DNA of 64,000 nucleotides from Thermodesulfobacteriota bacterium (GTDB lineage Bacteria; Desulfobacterota; Desulfomonilia; UBA1062): NCBI GenBank assembly GCA_036834365.1, contig DAITOA010000014.1, positions 6,825 to 70,824 of the forward strand, read 5' to 3'. Shown piece by piece: positions 57,617 to 64,000 of this stretch (position 1 is its first letter; each line of letters starts with the position of its first letter). The notes under the pieces were generated by a model. It saw only the letters and a program-made list of their open reading frames with translations, ran no database searches and was not told where the DNA came from. The position numbers and the translations under genes were made by a program.

Positions 57617-58513
57617 CTAGACGCCGTTTCCCCTGAGTTCTGCCAAGTCCTCGCTCATGACCACCCCGGCGATGACCAGAGCCGATGCGACGTACTGCAC
57701 GGCCGTGAACCGCTCGCCCAGGATGATCCATCCGAAGATCACCGTGAGCACCGGGATGAGGTTCACGAAGGCCGATGCCCTGCTCGCCGGGACCTTGCTC
57801 ACCGCATAGTTGTACAGTCCGTAGGCCCCCATGGTGACGAAGATGCCGAGGTAGACGATGCTGAACGCGGGAACCGGTTCAAACCTCGCGGGCAGGACCG
57901 TGGAGGGCAGGAAGAGGAAGGGAAGGAAGAAGAGGCTGCCTGCGACCGCCTGGGTCGCCGTGAGGAACAGCGGCTCATAGCGAGAGGAGAGCCGCTTCAG
58001 GGAGATCGTGTATCCGGTGGCGCAGACCATGGCGACGAACTCGAAGAAATTCCCGAGTACCGGGTTGGGCGCCTCATGGTTCGACCGGGCGGCGAGGCTC
58101 AGCAGGCATGCCCCGATGATGGCCAGGAGAAAGCCCAGGACCGTCTTGACGGTGATGCGTTCCTTCAGGTACAGACCGGCGACGATGCCCACCATGAGAG
58201 GAAGCATGGCCGTTATCATGCCCGCCTGGGATGCCGTCGTGTTCTTCAGGGCGGCAGCCTCGAAGAGGAAGTAGAGGCAGGGCTCGCACCCCAGCATGAA
58301 GAGGAGCGTCGGGATATCCTCCTTCCTCGGGATATTCCTCTTCACCATGCCGGCAAAGGGGAGGAAACAGACCGAGGCGGTGACCATCCTGCCAAAGATC
58401 ACCACCATTGGGTCGTAGCCGCTGAAGGCGAGCTTCAGGGCAATGAAGGAGCTCGCCCAGAGCACCATGGCTCCGAGCAGGGCGAAGACGGGGATAACGA
58501 CTCTCTGCTGCAT
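57617..58513 (-). CDS. DMT/EamA family transporter
   Basis: Ten TM-like segments; LWASSF, TTASQAG, LKERIT, YNYAVSKVPASRAS, ILGE. Confidence 0.93.
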   Translation of the reverse strand: MQQRVVIPVFALLGAMVLWASSFIALKLAFSGYDPMVVIFGRMVTASVCFLPFAGMVKRNIPRKEDIPTLLFMLGCEPCLYFLFEAAALKNTTASQAGMITAMLPLMVGIVAGLYLKERITVKTVLGFLLAIIGACLLSLAARSNHEAPNPVLGNFFEFVAMVCATGYTISLKRLSSRYEPLFLTATQAVAGSLFFLPFLFLPSTVLPARFEPVPAFSIVYLGIFVTMGAYGLYNYAVSKVPASRASAFVNLIPVLTVIFGWIILGERFTAVQYVASALVIAGVVMSEDLAELRGNGV

Positions 58514-58846
58514 GCTGTCTTCCTGAGTCCGGGGCCTTCTGAAGCCCCGGCCGGCATCAAGACATACCATGGGTGTATCTTCGGAGAAACTCCAATCTTT
58601 CAGACGAAACCGGGGTGGGAGACAGCTGACCTGCTCATTCCGTGCATCCCGCATAACAATACATCTCACGTAATGTGCGGGATACACGGAATGAGCAGGC
58701 CGATCTTTAGCCCGTCACTGAAATGCTTCAGGCGGCCGCACCCGTGGCCTTATCGGGAACGAACCCGTTGCAGGTGCCTGCGACCGGGTGTATACATGCT
58801 GTCCATGTCGTTGTCATGACCTTCCATCGAAGAAAGGTGAAATGCC

Positions 58847-59326
58847 ATGAAATTCTGTCCCCTGTGCGGAAAAGGGTTGACCAGCCGGGAGATCGACGGT
58901 GTCCGGCGGCTCGTTTGCTCCTCGGAATCGTGCACCTATGTGTTCTGGGACAACCCCACCCCCGTGGTGGCGGCCGTCGTGGAGCTCGACGGCAGCGTGG
59001 TGCTCGTACGAAACAGGCTCTGGCCCGAGAAGATGTTCGGCCTCGTCACCGGATTCCTCGAGCGGGGGGAGACCCCGGAATCAGGCGTGATCCGTGAGGT
59101 CAGGGAGGAGCTCGGCCTGGAGGGTAAGGTGGAGGGCTTCATCGGGTACTACAGTTTCTTCGAGATGAACCAGCTCATCCTCGCCTTCCATGTCCGCGCC
59201 CGGGGGACCCCGGTCCTGGGGGAGGAGCTCGCCGAGGTCAGGTATGTGAACCCGGACAGGCTGAAGCCCTGGCCGTTCGGCACGGGACACGCGGTGAAGG
59301 ACTGGCTCGCGAAAAGGTCCGCATAA
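58847..59326 (+). CDS. NUDIX hydrolase with N-terminal zinc ribbon
   Basis: FCPLCG...CSSESC, Nudix box GFLERGETPESGVIREVREELG. Confidence 0.92.
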   Translation: MKFCPLCGKGLTSREIDGVRRLVCSSESCTYVFWDNPTPVVAAVVELDGSVVLVRNRLWPEKMFGLVTGFLERGETPESGVIREVREELGLEGKVEGFIGYYSFFEMNQLILAFHVRARGTPVLGEELAEVRYVNPDRLKPWPFGTGHAVKDWLAKRSA

Positions 59327-59368
59327 CCCCGGATCACCCGCTATCATCACCGAACAAGGAGAAAAGTC

Positions 59369-59947
59369 ATGGAAAGGAGAATGTTCTGTCTTATGATGAT
59401 CATGTTCAGTCTGCTCAGCACACAGGTGCTCGCCGAAGAGAACCCGAGGGTGGTTCTGGAGACGGGCATGGGAAACATCACCCTGGAGCTCTACCCCGGC
59501 AAGGCCCCTGCGACGGTCAAGAACTTCCTGGCCTATGTGGATGACAAGTTCTACGACAACACCATCTTCCACCGGGTCATCAAGGGCTTCATGATCCAGG
59601 GAGGCGGCATGACGGCCGACATGAAGGAGAAGACCACCAGGACCCCCGTCATGAACGAGGCGGACAACGGGCTGAAGAACGACCGGGGGACCATCGCCAT
59701 GGCCCGTACCCCGGACCCCAACTCGGCCACGGCCCAGTTCTTCATCAATGCCAAGGACAACGCCTTCCTGAACTTCCGTGCAAAGACCATGGACGGCTAT
59801 GGGTACTGTGTCTTCGGCAAGGTGACCAAGGGCATGGACGTGGTGGATGCCATCGAGGCCGTTGCCACCGGCAACAAGGGCTTCCACCAGGACGTCCCGG
59901 TCAAGCCCGTGGTTATCCTCAAGGCGTACCGTCTCAAGGAGAAATAG
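59369..59947 (+). CDS. ppiA: Cyclophilin-type peptidyl-prolyl isomerase, exported
   Basis: Signal peptide; [38 protein letters not shown]. Confidence 0.95.
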   Translation: MERRMFCLMMIMFSLLSTQVLAEENPRVVLETGMGNITLELYPGKAPATVKNFLAYVDDKFYDNTIFHRVIKGFMIQGGGMTADMKEKTTRTPVMNEADNGLKNDRGTIAMARTPDPNSATAQFFINAKDNAFLNFRAKTMDGYGYCVFGKVTKGMDVVDAIEAVATGNKGFHQDVPVKPVVILKAYRLKEK

Positions 59948-59948
59948 G

Positions 59949-61241
59949 ACGCAGCCCCGGAAGTCCATCCTCGCCTGGGCGCTGTACGACTGGGGGAACT
60001 CGGCCTTCGCCACCACGGTCATGGCCGGGTTCTTTCCGGTCATGTTCAAGGAGTACTGGAGCGCGGGCGTCGATGCGGCCGTGAGCACGGCCAGGCTGGG
60101 AGCCGCCAACTCGCTTGCCGGGATCCTCGTGGCGCTGGCGGCCCCTTTCCTCGGGGCCGTGGCGGACAGGACCTCGGCGAAGAAACGCTTCCTCTTCTTC
60201 TTCGCCTCCCTGGGGATAGCGTCCACCCTGTGCCTTACCCTGGCCGGAAAGGGCGACTGGGCCCTTGCAGGCCTCCTCTATGCTCTCGCCCTTGCCGGGT
60301 TTTTGGGCGGAAACGTGTTCTACGACTCCCTGCTCAAAACCGTCTCCGAGGGGCCTGCCATGGACAGGGTCTCATCTCTGGGCTATGCACTCGGCTACCT
60401 CGGCGGCGGGCTGCTCTTCGCGTTCAACGTGTGGATGACCCTCGATCCCCGGCGCTTCGGCCTTGCCGGTGCGGCCGAGGCGGTGCGCATCTCCTTCCTC
60501 ACCGTGGGCCTCTGGTGGGCGGTGTTCGCCGTCCCGCTCATGGTCATGGTCCGGGAGCCCCGTAGTACATCCATGGGGATCGGGAACATGGTGGCCGAAG
60601 GCATCTCGCAGCTGGGCCGCACGTTCCGGGAGATACGGCACCTGAAGGTCATCATGATGTTCCTGGCCGCCTACTGGCTCTATATCGACGGGGTCGACAC
60701 CGTCATCGTCATGGCCGTGGATTACGGGCTCTCCCTGGGATTCCATCAGAAGGACCTGATCCTCGCCCTGCTCCTGGTGCAGTTCACCGGCTTCCCCTGC
60801 GCCATCGCCTTCGGCCGCATCAGCGGGGCGATCGGCACGAAGAAGTCCATCCTCATCGCCTTGGGCGTCTACCTCTTCGTCACCGTCTGGGGGGCCTTCA
60901 TCGAGAGACGCTACGAGTTCTACATCATGGCGCTGCTCATCGGCATGGTGCAGGGAGGTGTCCAGGCGCTTTCCCGGTCCCTCTACGCACGGCTCATCCC
61001 TGCGGACAAGGCAGCCGAGTTCTTCGGTTTCTACAACATGGTGGGCAAGTTCGCCGCCATCGTGGGGCCGGTGCTCGTCGGCACCACCGTGCTCCTCGCC
61101 CGCGCCTGGGGGGCTGGACCGGGCCTGGCGCCGCGGTTCAGCATCTCGTCCATCGCGGTGCTCTTCCTGGCCGGGGGAGTCCTGCTGCTGCTCGTGGATG
61201 AGGAGAGGGGTGTCCGGGAGAGGGGGTTCCTGGAACGGTGA
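59949..61241 (+). CDS. MFS transporter, UMF1/ATG22-like family (start codon non-canonical or uncertain)
   Basis: WALYDWGNSAFATTV, FYDSLL, SSLGYALGYLGG, DGVDTV, QALSRS, FFGFY. No canonical start between ppiA and the first TM. Confidence 0.88.
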   Translation, partial: TQPRKSILAWALYDWGNSAFATTVMAGFFPVMFKEYWSAGVDAAVSTARLGAANSLAGILVALAAPFLGAVADRTSAKKRFLFFFASLGIASTLCLTLAGKGDWALAGLLYALALAGFLGGNVFYDSLLKTVSEGPAMDRVSSLGYALGYLGGGLLFAFNVWMTLDPRRFGLAGAAEAVRISFLTVGLWWAVFAVPLMVMVREPRSTSMGIGNMVAEGISQLGRTFREIRHLKVIMMFLAAYWLYIDGVDTVIVMAVDYGLSLGFHQKDLILALLLVQFTGFPCAIAFGRISGAIGTKKSILIALGVYLFVTVWGAFIERRYEFYIMALLIGMVQGGVQALSRSLYARLIPADKAAEFFGFYNMVGKFAAIVGPVLVGTTVLLARAWGAGPGLAPRFSISSIAVLFLAGGVLLLLVDEERGVRERGFLER

Positions 61242-61291
61242 GTTCTTGCCTTTGGAACAGGGAATGCTATTGTAGGAGCAGGAGGTTACCC

Positions 61292-61603
61292 ATGAAACAC
61301 GCAGGAATGAAGCTGATTCTCATCGTGATGCTTTCACTCTCCCTGTCGGGCTGTGCGCTCCTCTACAACGACGTCAAGACCCCCCTGCCCTCGCTGAGCG
61401 TCAATGCCGACACCCAGAACAGGACCAGCACGGGCAAGGCATCGTGCGCGTCCTACGTGTGGCTGGTCGCCCTGGGCGACTGCAGCGTGGAGACCGCCAT
61501 GAAGAACGGCAACATCACGAAGGTCCACCACGTAGACTCGGAGTTCACGAGCTACTTCTTCGGGATCTATACGAAATTCACCACCGTGGTGTACGGAGAG
61601 TAG
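61292..61603 (+). CDS. TRL-like family lipoprotein
   Basis: Lipobox LSGC; GKASCASYVWLVALGDCSVETAMKNGNITKVHHVD. Confidence 0.82.
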   Translation: MKHAGMKLILIVMLSLSLSGCALLYNDVKTPLPSLSVNADTQNRTSTGKASCASYVWLVALGDCSVETAMKNGNITKVHHVDSEFTSYFFGIYTKFTTVVYGE

Positions 61604-61612
61604 GAAACGGAG

Positions 61613-61650
61613 CGTGCCGGGCACCCAGTCGTACGGGATAGCCCGGCACG
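61613..61650. terminator. Hairpin between convergent genes
   Basis: CGTGCCGGGC (61613-61622) and GCCCGGCACG (61641-61650). Confidence 0.65.
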
Positions 61651-61660
61651 GAATGATTGT

Positions 61661-62758
61661 CTACAGGATGGTCCTCTTGCCGTTGTACCGCTCGATGTCG
61701 TAGTACTTGTCCACGTCCACGATCCTGAGCCGGTCGATGACCTCCTTCATGGGCACCGAGGTGATCTCGCCGTGGAGGTAGCTCACCATCCTGCCGAAGT
61801 CCTCGTTGATGATCATGTCCACGGCCGCGATCCCGAACCACCGGGCCATGAGCCGGTCGCGCGCCGACGGGGAGCCGCCGCGCTGGAGGTGGCTCAGGTT
61901 GACGTAGCGCGACTCGAACCCGGTCCTCTTCTGGATCTCGTCGGAGATGTACGAGGCGATGCCCCCCAGGGACCGGTGGCCGAACTCGTCCACCTTCTCG
62001 TCCTTGAAGAACTCCTGGGTGCCGCCGAGTTTGGCCCCCTCGGAGACCACGATGATGCTGTACTGCACCTCGCGCCCCCTGCGCTCCTGGAGGAGTTCGC
62101 AGATGCGGTCGATGGAAAAGGGGTGCTCGGGGATGAGGATGATGTAGGCGCCGCTGCACTCGCCGCCGTGGAGCGCCAGCCAGCCAGCATGCCTGCCCAT
62201 GGTCTCCACCACGAAGATCCGGTTGTGGGAGCCCGCCGTGGTGCGGAGCCGGTCGATCTCCTCCATGATGATGTTCACCGCCGAGTCGAACCCCAGGGAG
62301 TACTCGGTGCCCACCAGATCGCCGTCGATGGTCTTGGGAATACCCACCGTCTTGATGCCGCGCCTGTAGAGCTTGTACGCAACCCCGAGCGTGTCCTCCC
62401 CGCCGATGGCCACCACCACGTCGATGCCGAGCCTCCTGATGTTCTCGATCACGGTGTCCGACCGGTCCTTCTTCGGGTTGAAGGGGTTGGTGCGCGAGGT
62501 GCCGAGGTTGGTCCCGCCGTAGCGGTCCCAGGTGCGGACCACCTCCTCGTCGAGCCGTATGGTGTGGTGGGCCAGGCTCTCGGGGTCATCGGGATTGACA
62601 TACACGAGCCCCTTCCACCCGTCCTTGATGCCGACGACGTCGCACTTGAACGACCTGCGCTCCTCGAGCACCGGGTCCAGGGCCGTCTTGGTCACCCACT
62701 TCACCGCACCGTTGAGTCCGGGACAATCTCCGCCTCCCGTCAATACCGCTATCCTCAT
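61661..62758 (-). CDS. pfkA: 6-phosphofructokinase, probably PPi-dependent
   Basis: LTGGGDCPGLNG, GGTNLGTSR, IGGEDT, PKTIDGD, ETMGRHAGW. Start moved to 62758. Confidence 0.92.
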   Translation of the reverse strand: MRIAVLTGGGDCPGLNGAVKWVTKTALDPVLEERRSFKCDVVGIKDGWKGLVYVNPDDPESLAHHTIRLDEEVVRTWDRYGGTNLGTSRTNPFNPKKDRSDTVIENIRRLGIDVVVAIGGEDTLGVAYKLYRRGIKTVGIPKTIDGDLVGTEYSLGFDSAVNIIMEEIDRLRTTAGSHNRIFVVETMGRHAGWLALHGGECSGAYIILIPEHPFSIDRICELLQERRGREVQYSIIVVSEGAKLGGTQEFFKDEKVDEFGHRSLGGIASYISDEIQKRTGFESRYVNLSHLQRGGSPSARDRLMARWFGIAAVDMIINEDFGRMVSYLHGEITSVPMKEVIDRLRIVDVDKYYDIERYNGKRTIL

Positions 62759-62934
62759 GTTCGATCTCTCCTCCTGCTTTCGGACACACCGGCCGACCGC
62801 TTCTCTGACGGCCTTTCCATCATTATAATCATGAAATACCCCTCGGCAAGGCAACGGGAAATATTGAACCGGGGTCCGTGTATGTTGCGAAAACGACCCC
62901 GTTTCCTGTATGAAGAGCATGAGAGGAGGTGCCC

Positions 62935-63681
62935 ATGAAGGTCATTTTCCATGAGGACTTTTACCAGGTCTACACCTCTGACCCCGCCTCAGACATGGGA
63001 AGGATCGAGGCGGTCGTGGAGGTCATCAGCCCGCACGTGGAGGTCGTCACCGCCACCGAGGCTTCCCTGGGGGACATCGAGGCCGTCCATACCCCCGCCC
63101 ATATCCGGCGTATCCAGAGCATGGGCCTCCACGAGATAGCGTCCCTGGCGGCCGGCGGCGCCATCCAGGCCGCCGAGATCGGGATGAAAGAGCCCTGCTT
63201 CGCCCTCATCAGGCCCCCGGGCCACCATGCATCGGCGGACTCGGCCTGGGGCTTCTGCTTCTACAACAACATGGCAGTGGCCATGGAACACCTCAGACGC
63301 GCCGGAACCATCGATCGCGCGCACATCCTGGACTTCGATCTCCACTATGGCGACGGCACGGTGAATATCCTGGGCAAGAAAGGCTACGTGACGATCCACA
63401 ACCCCTCCTCTCACGACCGGGCCTCTTACCTCAAGGAGGTCGATGCAGAGCTGTCACGCGTGCAGGCCGATGTCATCGGCATTTCCGCGGGGTTCGACAA
63501 CCACGAGCAGGACTGGGGCGGGCTGCTCACCACGGAGGACTACCGCCTGATGGGGTCCATGGTGAGGGAGGCCGCCATGAAGACGGGGGCGGGGTTCTTC
63601 GCCATCCTGGAGGGAGGCTACAACCACAGGGTGCTCGGGCACAACGCCTGGGCATTGATCCGGGGCATGGACGGAGAATAG
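62935..63681 (+). CDS. Histone deacetylase-family amidohydrolase (short form)
   Basis: RPPGHHA, GFCFYNN, DFDLHYGDG, SAGFD, LEGGY. Confidence 0.92.
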   Translation: MKVIFHEDFYQVYTSDPASDMGRIEAVVEVISPHVEVVTATEASLGDIEAVHTPAHIRRIQSMGLHEIASLAAGGAIQAAEIGMKEPCFALIRPPGHHASADSAWGFCFYNNMAVAMEHLRRAGTIDRAHILDFDLHYGDGTVNILGKKGYVTIHNPSSHDRASYLKEVDAELSRVQADVIGISAGFDNHEQDWGGLLTTEDYRLMGSMVREAAMKTGAGFFAILEGGYNHRVLGHNAWALIRGMDGE

Positions 63682-63705
63682 ACGCAGAGCGGAGGGAGGG
63701 CACGC

Positions 63706-64000
63706 ATGAAGGTCAGCACGGTGGCTCAGATGAGGGCCATGGACAAGGCGGCAGTAGAACGGTACGGCATACCCGAGGCCCTGCTCATGGAGAATGCAGG
63801 CCTTGCGGCCTTCAACGTCCTGAAGAGGGAAGTAAGCATCGAGGGCAGGTCCTTCCTCGTGCTCGCGGGCGTGGGCAACAACGGTGGCGACGGGTTCGTG
63901 ACGGCGAGGAAGATCCTCTCCGCAGGCGGCACCGTGAAGGTCCTCATCCTGGGGGACAGGTCCCGGTACCAGGGCGCGGCCCGGCTCAACCTGGACATCA
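63706..64000 (+). CDS. nnr: NAD(P)H-hydrate epimerase/dehydratase Nnr (YjeF), N-terminal part, runs off the window
   Basis: Not in the ORF track. My translation gives MKVSTVAQMRAMDKAAVERYGIPEALLMENAG...LAGVGNNGGDG, after GGAGGGAGG. Confidence 0.92.
   Translation, partial: MKVSTVAQMRAMDKAAVERYGIPEALLMENAGLAAFNVLKREVSIEGRSFLVLAGVGNNGGDGFVTARKILSAGGTVKVLILGDRSRYQGAARLNLDI

Noticed and set aside
61292-61660. tRNA next to the TRL-like gene, or elsewhere in the window
   Set aside because: No cloverleaf or T-loop (GTTCRANNC) pattern was found by eye in the intergenic regions.
1-64000. CRISPR arrays, IS elements, prophage or defence genes
   Set aside because: No regularly spaced direct repeats and no transposase, integrase, phage or defence motifs were recognised in any ORF.

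Overview
Chromosomal 64-kb segment of an anaerobic deltaproteobacterium-like organism (Desulfobacterota-type gene set: tungsten-family AOR, yicC-remA-gmk block, Desulfobacterota-type porin, probable PPi-PFK). The taxonomic call is inference from gene content only. I count about 67 CDS, 57 on + and 10 on -. No rRNA, tRNA, CRISPR array, integrase or transposase was recognised. Most of the window is housekeeping or general metabolism (miaB, ftsY, rfaE1, gmk, pyrF, rsmD, coaD, aspC, maf, glpK, prc, galE, metF, ygiQ, mdh, ppi, pfk, nnr). The best candidate for an undescribed system is at 20.2-26.6 kb. There, a 987-aa glycyl radical enzyme with an N-terminal SCP2 (lipid-carrier)-like domain and a non-standard eliminase-type active site is co-transcribed with a TetR regulator. 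It lies divergent from an aldehyde:ferredoxin oxidoreductase plus 4x[4Fe-4S] ferredoxin, and tandem TAACAnTGTTA-type palindromes sit in front of both arms. An acyl-CoA synthetase, acyl-CoA dehydrogenase and thioesterase follow. Other leads are a three-site MerR-family regulon over two FabK/NMO-like flavoproteins, an orphan ParA with an unknown basic/disordered partner, an FtsY with two N-terminal hydrophobic segments, a histidine kinase lacking the H+1 acidic residue, a sigma28-type fliS operon away from flagellin, and a left-to-right rise in GC content.
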